DNA from: Trichodelitschia bisporula
Taxonomy: Eukaryota
DNA length: 64,000 bases
Assembly (NCBI GenBank): GCA_010356995.1
Contig: ML996704.1
Coordinates: forward strand, 186,001 to 250,000
Reading direction: 5' to 3'
Shown: positions 11,402 to 24,737 of the stretch, in pieces
Layout: each line of letters starts with the position of its first letter
How positions within the stretch are numbered: the stretch's first letter is position 1
The notes under the pieces: generated by a model
The model's input: only the letters and a program-made list of their open reading frames with translations
What the model was told of the DNA's origin: nothing
Database searches by the model: none
Translations under genes and position numbers: made by a program

Positions 11402-13471
11402 AATTAGGTGTTGAGACGAGAGGCAATGGGGGGGTGGATGGGAGTCAATGTGCGGAGGTAGAGTATTTGTGTCGAGTGCGCCGGGGGAGGTTGAGATGCC
11501 GACCGCGGCTGGAAAAGCGGCGCGCACGGACCGGACGCGTGGTGGTGTGAGTGCGTCAGGCAATGAGGCTGCAACAGTGACTGAGCGCGGATGATTCTCA
11601 CGCGATCGGTACGGTACCTTCGGTACCTGACATTGGGGGCGGGTTTGGGGCTGGCTGAAAGCTGTTCGTGCCGTGGTGCCGGGTTGCCGTTGGTTGGGGA
11701 ACTGGCAGCGGCGGACTCCGATGTGACAGAATGGCCTTTTCGATATTCAGCCTTGGAGTGGAGCGACAAGCTTTGATAGGAGCAAAGCGGCTCGATCATT
11801 CCTGTCCGTCAGTTGAAGCTCAGTTCGTCATCATCTTCATTACTGGCATTGGTTGACTTGCCGTACCACTACCGGTACCTTATGCTGGCTTACCCACTCT
11901 CGAATTGACCATGATAGATGCTCGCTTCCTCGATCCAATCCCCGAAGTAAATTAGCACTGCATGCTGGACCGGTGGCGATGCTCTTGATGGGACCTCTCA
12001 TTCTGTGCAAGAGCAACCGTGCAAACTAAAGATTGGAATAAAAGACAAAGAGAGGAAGACAGTTAGAGGCTCTCGAGACTGAATACATATAGCCAAGTAT
12101 CCTCCTTTGCTCCTTCCTTCTATCATGCGCTCATTACATCATGTCCCTCAGCATATTCCTTCCTGGACATACTAATGCTCCTTCCATGTCTTCATCAGCT
12201 CTCAACCCACGATGCCGCGCAGTTTCCTTTACGTCCGAAAAACGAGGACTCTTTCTCACCACGCCGACGAGATGATAGGCGTCTCGTTCCTCAAGCCTCG
12301 CTTCATACCACGCACTCTCCGTTGCCAGACAAACTCAGGCATCCAGCCTCAGCTGAAGATCAGGCCTTATCCGCAACCGAGGTTCATCGCAGAAAAGTAC
12401 GAAGAGCGCACCAATCGACGACTGTTACCGCGACAACCAACACGAGCTGTGCGCATAAGCTGCATGATAGCTTCTGAAGAGCCTCTCATGTCACCGGAGC
12501 TTCATCCGGTCGTACAGCCTCGTCATGGCTGAGCTTGATACGGAGGCGAGGCGCGCAGCTGCAGTCTTGCGGCACTTGCCGCCGTGAAAGTTGCGTACGA
12601 GGTCGGCGAAGCACATACGGTGAGGATACGGCAGAAGAGCGAAGTTATTCCCTATGATTAGCGTCTCTCGGCCCCCAAACATGCAAACGAGACTGTAGAT
12701 GTGGTGTTGGTGGATGATGTCGACTGGCCAGCAACTCACTTCCGAGATCGCGCACTTGCAGCCGAGTTCTGGAACGTTTGCTGAGATATCCGATGCTGCA
12801 GCAGGCATTTCCCAAACACCTTGTCCTGGTGGTGTTCATCTGCACAGTGCAGTAATAACTGCCAGGATGAGTTTATCCCTTCTCTCCCCAAACAATTACG
12901 TCCAATAGCCCAGTAAAAGAAGCATTTTTCACCGTTGTCGGTCGTCGTGTAATGCCCCCCCACCCCGCTCCAGGCCGTCGATCACCGTCCGCCCCACCAC
13001 AATTGCGGGGCACCAACCCCTCCACCCGCCCATTCCCTCTCTTCCGCATCCCACGCTCCTAGATCATCCGTGCCCTCGTGCGCGATAAAAAAGCACAAAA
13101 ATATACTCAAACCAGAAGGAAAAGAAAAGACCTTCTTCATTCTCGTGTATGTCGTAATGAGCCACATTATCCCCTGCACACGGGGGCTCTCTGCAAACCA
13201 AGCCCAACGGCCAAACACCATCTCAGCCTTTTCCGCGTGCGCCGCGAATTGGCGTCCCGCCATGGGTGAAGAGGTTAACGCTTCCTAAAATGACGTGCTC
13301 GCGCCCGCCGCCCACCCTCACCTGAGCTGCCCCGCGCGGGAGGGGTGAGGGAGGGACCCGAGCACGACATCGTATATATACCGGGTGGGGCAGCGCGTTG
13401 TACAACCCTGCTGTCCATCTCTCCACCTCTTTCTTCCCCTCACACTCTCCTCAGCACCAACAGCATTCACA

Positions 13472-15029
<1,558 letters not shown>

Positions 15030-16129
15030 TAGTTCGCGTGGAATGAATGGTAATGACTGATACATGAGTGTTGCGTGTAGTCTGCGACCGCACTTGTGAT
15101 GTCGTCCAGTCCATGGTCTTGGCGCGTGCGATGGCGCAGCTGAATGGGCTGCAGGAACGTTCTGCTGACCCGTCCTATCAACAGCAGTTATCGACACGCT
15201 TCCCCGTAGGTGAAGCACGAATGAAAAAAAAAACCCCGTCGAAGACGCGTCAACGGGCTAGAAAGCATTCTCCTTATCCCCGATCCCAACCCAAGAGGCG
15301 GCGGGTAACGTGCTCGCGATGCTGCGCCAGGACTCGTGAGCATCTCCAGCAAAGTTGCGCACGAAGGCATGAACATCAAGACACCAGGACGCGTCAATGG
15401 GCAAGAAAAGCATTACTCCTACTCCCGACCACAACCCTAACGTCCATAATCCGCCTCTCCCCTTATCCTCCCCAGAAGCCAGGCTTCTCAACCAGCAGCC
15501 CGTGTGCTCTTCTCATCTTCCAAACCGCCTTCTCCTCGAAGTAACCAATGTCCCGAAGTAAACATTCCCATAGACCCTTCCCTTGAATCCTCTCTCCATC
15601 CTCCCTTCTGCGTGTGCCGTCCGGGTGTGCCAGATGTGCTGTGCGTGTTGCGTGTCTACTTTCCTCCTCCGCAATAGACAATACCCCTCCTGCCCTTACA
15701 CAATCCGCGATAGAAAAAAAAGGGGAGACATAAAGCCACCCAACCCGCCCAAAACCATATTCTCTGAGAGACGAGCCAAGGGAAACACACCCCGCGCGGG
15801 GGTGGTGGTAAGGATGTTGTCCTCCGTGCCTTCTTCCTCTTCTTCCAAACATGGATCGTCCCCAAACGCGCCATCGCACCAGAAGACTCAAACCAAAGGA
15901 AATAACGGCCAGTAGCCCGACGCACAAGTATGTATATCAAACGAGTAAAAAAAAAAAATATATCTCTCTCCCAGAACACGCGAAGGAAATAACCGGCTGG
16001 CCCAAAAGCTTCCCCCTAGATCATATCAATCCCATCATAAAATGCACCCCCTCAAAGACTTCACACGCCCAGAATTCCCCCGCTCAAAAGTTCCATACAT
16101 CCCACCTCTTTTCCCCTCCCCACCCTCAC

Positions 16130-17902
16130 TTAAATATCAACCGGCACTCTCCTCTGCCGACTCGTCCCATCCGCCCTCCGATAACTCATCTTCGCCCCAT
16201 CCACCCCCTCCCCACCATCATCCTCAAACCTCTCCCCCCCACCATACCCACCAAACATCCCCCCGCTCTCCACACCATTAACCTGCGGCCGCGCACCCTG
16301 CCGCAACGGCTGCTCCATATGCTCCGTGCTAAAGGTACTGCTAAACCGGCGTTTCGGCGCGCCGCTCGTCGGCGTCTGCACGGGACTATACTTCGCCGGC
16401 TGGGGCGGAGTCGGGCCCTGCGGCGCCGCGGGCGCAAGACGTGACCCCGCGCCATTGGGCCCGGTCTCATAGTACCCGTTTGAGCCCTGGCGGCCGTCGT
16501 ACCGCTCTTCGTCTTTGAGTGGGAAGTGCTGCTGCGGCGGGGGTTGCTGCTGCTGCTGCTGTTGGGCCTGCGGCGGCGCCGCGCGGTACCCGTTCATATC
16601 GGTGTACGGGCTCATAGCCTGCTGCGGCTGCTGGGGATGCGGGCTCTGCTGCTGCGGGGGCTGGAACGCCTGGCTTGTCGGCGGGTACTGCTGCTGCTGG
16701 GGTGGGGGGTGCACCTCTCCATGCCTTCCGTCGTAGTACTGTTGCTGAGGCGGGTACGGCGCGTATCCCGGCGGGGGCTGGGGGTAGTGCTGCTGCGGGC
16801 CGGAAATGAACGGCGGCGGGTGCATATACGCGCCCTGTTGCTGTTACTGCTGCGGGGGGGGCGCGTGCCAGGCTTGCATCTGGGGCGGGTACATCGCCTG
16901 CGGGGAGTGGGGCGTGATAGGCGCGGCGTAGGGCTGCTGCTGCCCTTGGTAGGGCATGGCCTCGAGGCTAGATGGCCGGGCGGAGTAGGATGCGTTGGAG
17001 GCGTTGGAGACGGAGCGCGGGCGCTCGATGCTGTCGAGGGGTGGGGGTTGGGGGGTTCCGATCGGGGCTTGCTGGTAGGCGTCGGGGGTGGCGGTTGCGC
17101 GGCGCGCGCGCTCGTAGCTTTCCTCCTCATACTCGTCGTAGTCGCGCGAGGACTTGTTTTCGCGGCGGCGCATGCGGACGTCGCGGCGGATGCGCACGCG
17201 GCAGCCTTGCTCGGCGACCATGCGGCTGAGGGCCGTGGATTCGGACAGGCCTGGGAACTTCTTGGCGGAGAAGACGGTGAAGGGGACGGACTTGACTTCC
17301 AGGCGGTGGGAGACGTGGGCCGACTTTTGGATTTCGGCGTTTTGCGGTGTTTCGCCGTCCATGTCTTTCAATTCCTTCAGTTCCTCGTACAGGGAGAAGG
17401 ACAGGCGGTATTTGCCCTCGTGGCGCACCGACAGGTCTGGGAAGATGAAGTAGCCTGCTGGCAGCGGGCGGTCGAGGTATGCCATGCCGGCGACCGGAGT
17501 ACCGGTCAGGACGGGGAAGGCGGGCTGCGACGGCTGCGGCACGCGGCCCTGGGCGAGATGGCGAGCATTCTCGAGTGTAGCGAACAGGAAGAAGTTGGCA
17601 TTGTACTGGAACGTGATGTCATTTTCCGCGTTCGGTCCCTCGAAGATGCGCAGCTCGACAATCGGCGGCGGGTCTACGGGACGGCGGTCGGCAGACGCTT
17701 TGGTTCAGGGTCAGAAAAACGTGTTCCGTTGACGAAAACGCGACGCTCAAAACTCACACTTGGCGCCACTGCCACAGGCACGCGCGCGCTCGGGCTGTTG
17801 GATGACATCCATGCGATACGTGATCTTCTTGCCCTCCTTGGTGATGCGCGACGACGAGCTGTGCGTCTCGTTGGGCACCTGGATGATGCCCGTGGTGGCC
17901 AT
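16130..17902 (-). CDS. veA: Velvet regulator VeA, interrupted by an in-frame TAA at 16846-16844
   Basis: [26 protein letters not shown] (intron 17757-17698), [37 protein letters not shown], and C-terminal 'SYRRADG' motif. Confidence 0.95.
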
Positions 17903-18852
17903 GGTGCTGGCAAGCGGCGCCGAATGGACTTCGGCCCTGTGAGGAGCGGGATAATCAGCGATGAGAGACTTGCGGGAGGAAGCCGGTGCAGAGAATAAAG
18001 GGGCGCGACGGATGCGGGTTGTCTTTGAAGTAATATGGGATTGATTGCCTCGGGTCGATGCTCGCCGTGGAGCTGGGTGGTCTGGCGATCCCAAGGCGAC
18101 GGCGAGTAGCGTGATTTGTCGGGAGGGAGATGGGGGGAAGGGGTGGGCGATGATAATATCACTATAGAGACTTACCGGCGATAGTTGGAATAGATTGAGT
18201 TGTCAGGGTCTCTGGCAGGGAGAGATGGTGTTGTTATTGTCTGGTTGCGGTGACGTTGAGGTGTGGGTTGTGGGTTGGAAGAAAGAGTGGAGAGATGAGT
18301 TCTGGTGGGCGGGGGGTGTAGAAGGGAAGAGAGGGCAAAAGGGAAGGGTAACGAGGCACAAGGACGGGGTCGGGAGATGATGGGGGGTGGGGGGGAGGTG
18401 GGAGGGATGGAAGGTTAGAGGAATTCCCAGGACTCAGGGACTGGACGGGGCGGCCTGGGCATTACTTGGGTCTGGGAAGGGGAGGGTGGTCAACGAGCAG
18501 CGGGGTGGGCAGTGAGTGGGTGGTGGAAGAGCGTGTATGGAACGATGCTTGAGTGGGTGGGGATGGCCTATTCACACATTGGATAGGAGCATTTTGTGTG
18601 GCAGGGTAAAGAGGAGAGAGGGCGTTACCATAGACACCACCAGTAAAACGCCACTAACACTAGCATATGGACACTGACTTGATGGTGAGGATGAAGCCTT
18701 GTTACACGCAGGAATGGAGAAACGAGCAGTGCAGACAGCGGGCGGGTGGTTGAAGGATCACGGTGACGGTGATGGAAGTTTAAGGTGGTGATTCCTGGCG
18801 CTTGTGGTAACGGTGGTGACGCTGCGTCTCTTCCATCCTCATCTTCCCGTCT

Positions 18853-18876
18853 TCATCATCATCATCATCATCATCA
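18853..18876. repeat. (CAT)n microsatellite upstream of veA
   Basis: About 7 tandem CAT units. Confidence 0.8.
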
Positions 18877-21800
18877 GCACCATCTTCGTATCTTCTCCCA
18901 TGCCATTCCCCATTCTCCATCTCCTCGTGCAGTAGCTTCAACGGCATGACCCATCAACTCAAAAGAATTCCATTTTCCCTTCGCTTTCCGCTTCCCCCAC
19001 CCTCGCTTTCCCCTCTCCCCGGACCCACCCCCAACCCAGCCCAAGACGCCCGGCCCACCACCGCCACAAAGATGGCGCTCACACCATACCACACCCGGCT
19101 AGCCCAGCTGTTAAAGACCCATTAAAACCTCCGCATCAGATCTAGCGCCCTTCCTCCCCACCCGCCATCCCCACGCCGCGGTTCGTGCTCCCTCGCAAGG
19201 GAAGGGAACAAGCAAAGCAAGCAAGGAGAGCGAAAAGAGCCCCTTCATCACCATCGCCGTCGGCAGCTATCACCATCACACCCGCCATGCGCAGTATCAA
19301 TAACAACAACCTCCACCGGCCCTCAATCCATCGCACTGAGCTCCATCGCCCATAGCCTCACCCTCCACCCCCATCACGAAACGAACACCCGTTCCCACTC
19401 CCCTCTTCCTAAAGCAACCAACCAACCACGCCGGCCCACCCAACCCGCGCCTCCGGCGTCCCTCACCCCCGGGTCACCGCACGCACCACCGACCCCCGGT
19501 GCGGGCGGCAGAAGCGAGGCTTTGCCGTGGCTGCTGATTGGCCTACCGGTGATTAGCGCGAGTGTGAAGAAGGCGAGGGGGAGGGGCGACTGATTGGGCA
19601 GCTGCGGGTGGTGGTGTGGTGCGAGGTCGGAGGGCGCAGAGTGAGAGGAAGGAACGATGGTATCCATAGTAGACTTTTCATGCACAATCCTCTCTCTCTC
19701 GCCGCCAACCCCTCATCCTCCCTCTCCATCCCCAATCCTCACCCTCAATAATCCTCCAGATGCAGCACTCCATTCCCAACCCTCCCCGCCCACCGTCCCG
19801 GCTCATCCTGCCTCCTGCACTCAAGATCCCCAGCCCGCAGCCAAGCAGCGGGCAACCACCCCAGCCCGGCCAACTAGCCTCTTGGCTCCGCGGGGCACAC
19901 CGCCAATTGGGTTAGCCCCCTTCTTCCGCGCGCAGGGGGGCGGGAAGCTTCGCAGCCTTTGCATGCTTGGCGCTGACTCTGGCTCGCTGGGTTTCACGCA
20001 CTACTTGCAAGGTGTTTTCTGGGAGGTGCGTCTCGCCGGGGCGCGCGACGCGCTGCAGGCGCTGCGGCGCGCGGGTCGGGATTTGGATCCCGGCCGGCGA
20101 AAGATGTGCATGGTACGCAGTACCCGGCCCTGGTGCTCGGGGACGGGGAGCGGGTTGTTTCTGATGGCCCGTGGGTTCGGCGGGTTGGTTTGGATCGTGG
20201 GTTTCGGGGTTTGGAAAGTGGGTTTGAGGGTTTGAGGTTTGGAGCCGCGAGGGGGGCGATCGGCAGCGCGTTGGCGGCGCGGAGAAGGGTCTACCGTTAC
20301 GGCTTCATCCGTCGCTAGAACTACGCAGAGAAAGCGGTCGAGAAGGGAGAGGTGAAGGGACCCGTCTTTCGCGCGGAACGACGGGCACGGCCCGCACGAA
20401 TAATGCCCGATACCCGACTCGTGGCGCTGCTGATCCTGATACCGAAGCGCGAAGCGCGAGGATCCTGTTCCCGAAGGATTGGTCTCGGGTCTGGGACATG
20501 ACATGACAGCTGCTCTCCCGCCCCGGCCGCAGAATCAAAACTTGAATCGCAGCGAACCACCTGCCGTGATGTGAACCGCACCCTTTCCCAAACCCCATGA
20601 CGCAATACCGAAGGCAAAGGCGAACGGTGAAGAATTTGATACTCATCACGGAAAACACGCAATTCCCGCTCCGCCAGCGGCACTTCCCTCCCGCCCTCCC
20701 GCCTCCCGCCCCGCTGCCAGACCACCATCCGCCCCGCGCCTCGCGCGCCACGCGGATCTTTCCGCCAAAGGCGGGAAAGGCATCAGCCCGCCGTACCGTA
20801 CGGTAGGTACCTATCAGGGTCGGCACCATTTACCGCAGGTATCTCACGGGCACGGCACGGAACTGGCATGCGATAACACTTCCTCCTCCCGTCCCACCAC
20901 CTCAAGCCCGCATCTGCAGTCGCGGCAGTTATCTCAGCTTGGGCGCCGGCAGCGAGTCGTAAGATCCCCGCGTATCGAACCATGGCGTGGAAGGATGGTC
21001 CCCACTACGGCAGGTATGCATGTTCCTGCCCCATCGCCCGCCTTTCATTTCCAGCAGGCCCGAGGAGCGTGAAACGGCGCGTTGAGCGCGGGATGCCGTG
21101 CGACGGGCTTGTGTGACCTGGCATGGGTGCGCGCGCTGCGGCGGAAGGGGCGACGGGTGGATACCCGCGGTACGCTGCCGCGTAGCCGCGCGCCGTTTAG
21201 CGCTTCTGGCCCGATGGAGGCCCGTTTGGGCGCTTGTAGACACGCACGACACGCAATTGCCTCACGGTAATAGAGCGGTACGGCACACATGCAACGTGCG
21301 GCACGTGGGGAGGGGCTGGAGCTGGGGTGAGACATGCGTTTTCACGTGGGCGGCGTGCAGTGCTGATCGCATGTACTGTACCGCGTGGTTTTTCGATGGT
21401 TTCGGAGTGGTGCGTGGGTGACGGGCCGAGGTGGACGGGCCCGAGGGTCAGCGGTGAAGAGGCTGTGAAGGGTGGAAGATTGGATTGGGAGTTGAAGGAA
21501 TGTACGAAGGTATCATGTCAATGGTGGATGTGGACTCCTGATATGCATTACAGTAGTCGTGGAGTGCTGGTGGATGGCGGTCGATTTGCGCTTTTTGAAG
21601 ATATCTTCCTGTTGATGCCAACAGCACGATCATATATTCCACATCATTTGAATGACTGTACAAACAAGGGCAACGGGATGGGCCATTGGATCTGCAGCAG
21701 GTCCTCGCCGATGATCTAGTGGTGTTTGACTGGAAGACGTCGGCCGACTTGCATATTGAAGTCTTTTTCCTCTTCTCAACCACCACGGCACAACCACATA

Positions 21801-22639
21801 TTCAACATAAATTCAATGCTCATCCACCTTCTCCACGAAGATCAGCAGTGGTGGAATCGATCTCAAATATAGTGATCGTACGGAAGAAGAGCCCGTAAGC
21901 TGCAATTTACCAGCCCAGAGCGAACAAATGCCTTCGTCCTTTTTCATAAGGCGCCATGCACACGGCACATACATATAGTTCACCACAGCTAAATTTCACG
22001 AGAAGTTACGTTAGACGCATCTCGCCACGCTCGGTACATGCCTACAACACACAGTCATCCAAGCTGCCAAATAAGCAGCCAGGACGCCCCCCCCCTCTCC
22101 CAGCATTCACCCACCTCCCAACCCCCATCACTATCCCATCCCCACGCAAGAAACACCCCAAAACACACAAAGCCCGCCTCCCCACCCGATCACCTCCCCG
22201 TCCAACCAACCCACCGCCATCCCGCGCGCGCGGGCGAAAACCCACCGCCTCCATCCCGCTTCGTGTCGCACAGGGCACCGACCGCGTTACGCAGGCCACC
22301 GCACCACGTACCATATTGCCATGGGGAGATGGAGAGACTGGCCGCGTTACACAGGTCACGGCGTACCCTGATGCCACGGAAGAGACTGGCCCGCGAGCGC
22401 GGGATTAGTGCCGATGGGCGCTGTGCGCCGGTGAAAGGGAGGTGATACTTTGAGCCGTACACAGAGCGTGATGCCGGTGGCGTGGCTGGATGGTGCGGGC
22501 GGGTAGGCGCACGGTGGATGGGCGGGATGAAACGCGAAACTGGGTATCAGATTTCCTGTCATCGTTATCGTCGTGCTGTGGGTTGAGGTTGGCTTACGAA
22601 CCCCGACGTAATGCATCCGGTGTCCAGCTTCCCCCTGAC

Positions 22640-23864
22640 TTATATGTGCGGGATATATCTCGCCCAATTCACCGTCGAATAAACGCCCACCGGCACGGCC
22701 CTTAAATCGGCAAATACAGCTCCAAGCAGATACAGTCGCGCCGCTATATACACGATCCCCAGCATAATGACGATAACCTCGGAGAAGGACTTAATCGGGG
22801 TGAAGAACTCAACCCTCCTCTTGAACAGATCACCCACCAAAATCACGTAAAGCGAAAACAGAGACGCCGTACCAAGACACAGCGCACTGGAAATGCGCCA
22901 GAGCATTTTCTCGACGCTCGTTTGAAAAAAGAAGTTCCACGCAATGAGATGGAAAACGCCAAAAACACAGCTCGACCCGATGATGAGGACGGATACCAGA
23001 ATGGTGATACTGCTCTGCCGTTCGATTGAATAGGGCGGTCCATTCAATTGACACTTCTCAGGGTGTCTCTCAATCCGCGGATAGATCTCGGGCACCTTAT
23101 CGACGCGCAGGACAAACGGCGTGAGCACGTCCTTGGGCTTGGTAAACCACGCGCCGTAGATAACCAGCGCGTACGACACGTACGCCAACGTCATCAGCTC
23201 CAGCGGCGTAACGGGCAAGTGCTGGATCGCTCGACCGATGACCTGAACCACGAACCAGAGGACCTGCACGATGGTGAGCGTCTTCAGCAGCCAGTCGGCT
23301 TTGCTGCGGTCTCCGATGTCGCGCTCGCTAACGTCTGGCAGCGGGATGTTACGCGCTTCGACGAGGGTGAGGAATTGGTCGACGTCTAGCCGGTAACGTG
23401 ATCCGTCGGGGGTTTGGAGACAGAAGCCGCCCATAATGACGAGTTGGCAGAAGGCAAGGGATTTGGGCTCGGTGGACTGCGGGGCGGGCTGAGGGTCAGT
23501 TTAGGGTTTGGAAGGAAGGGCGAGAATGTACTTTTTCGCCATCCTTAACAGTGACGCTCTCGCCCTTCTCCATATCAGCCTGTAATTTCGCGAGCCTCTT
23601 CTTCAGCGCCACGACCCAGGGGAGACGCCAGCAAGCCATGCCAACTGTGTACTCAGGGGCGAAAACCGTGAGAAGCATCCATTGCAACTTGAGCATGAGT
23701 ACTCTCCAGGGGCCATATGCGTCGGGCGGAACGTTTATGTGCAATGCGCTCCAGGTGCAGAGGAAAATGGTGACCAGGGAGCTATACAGCAACGCCGCAG
23801 TCCCGCGACCGTTGGGATCTGGCTTCCACCCGTGGTAGAGCTCGGGGTGTGTGGTGTTCACCAT
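22640..23864 (-). CDS. Uncharacterised fungal multi-pass membrane protein; 2 exons
   Basis: Family-like motifs 'GRGT..LLYS...IFLCTWSALH.NVP', 'DRSKAD...K...VQ..WF', 'LELMTLA', 'KPKD', 'HLIAWNF.F.T..EKMLWR', 'Y..V.W...IPH'. Intron at about 23531-23491. Confidence 0.85.
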
Positions 23865-24737
23865 GGCTGGTTGACGTGAAACTGCTCGCCTCTCCTTAGG
23901 TAGAGTAAAAGAATCGCCGCTCAAAAGGCTCCGCTCGTAGCTGAGCGCTAGTTTTGAGGTCGAGGGATGTTAAATGCAGTTATCTCTCGCGTGGGCTGAG
24001 ACGGCGACGATCTTGGCTGGTGGCCTTACGAAGTGCGCCACCAAGCCCACGCAGGAGGTGCGCCGCCGTCTGAGCCCGCGCTGATATAAAAATGCAGGTC
24101 GTTCCCCAATATACTGGTCGCCGACAGATGTTGGAGGTGTGCCCCGCTTCCGTGATGGCAGCAAGACGCAGAGCCTCAGGTTCGTATTCGACATTTCGCC
24201 AGCACACTGCGACTGGGTTCTTTGATGCAGCTTGTATTTGAGCGGCCAAGGCGGCAAGGCTACGATTGGGAGAAGGACGTGGGGAGGAGAGCAGGTGATG
24301 GGAGCTGAAGATGTGAGGCGCGTGTGGCTCGTGAACGACTCCACTTCACAGCGCTCACGTTAAATAGCGGCATCAATTGCATGATGATAATTCTGTTGTA
24401 GAGAGATGTCGGATAAGTTGGGACAAGACGGGCCGGTCTGGATACTCTTTGGACACCACCCTGTCCGTCTTGGCATTGTTTTGACGCACTGACGTGGTTT
24501 GTACCCTTGGGGTGTCCTTGGGGTGATGCAACTCAACCACGCTGGCCATCGTCTCCCCCAAAACTTCCTCCATCATCTTTATTTCTTGCTGTTTGTCTGC
24601 ATTTTAGGTGTTGGGCCATCACTCCGCTATTTATTCACGCACAATCTCCTCATAATCCTTTAATGCTCCCCTGCACGGTCCGCGGCATAGCGTGAAACAC
24701 CCACCTGGAGATCGAAAGCCAGCATCTGTGCAACACA

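Noticed and set aside
11024..11563. Poly-proline ORF upstream of HEM13
   Set aside because: The poly-Pro comes from reading through the poly-C intron; the region is HEM13 exon 1 plus intron.
12175..12963. Cluster of short ORFs between HEM13 and MET17
   Set aside because: No recognisable motifs or coherent exon chain.
13290..13299. ATGACGTGCT upstream of MET17 as a CYS3/MetR site
   Set aside because: Only a half match to the ATGRYRYCAT-type palindrome; too short to support.
16526..17998. 490-aa plus-strand ORF, and similar long antisense ORFs at 10506, 13770, 40324 and 46247
   Set aside because: Antisense shadows of GC-rich genes on the other strand.
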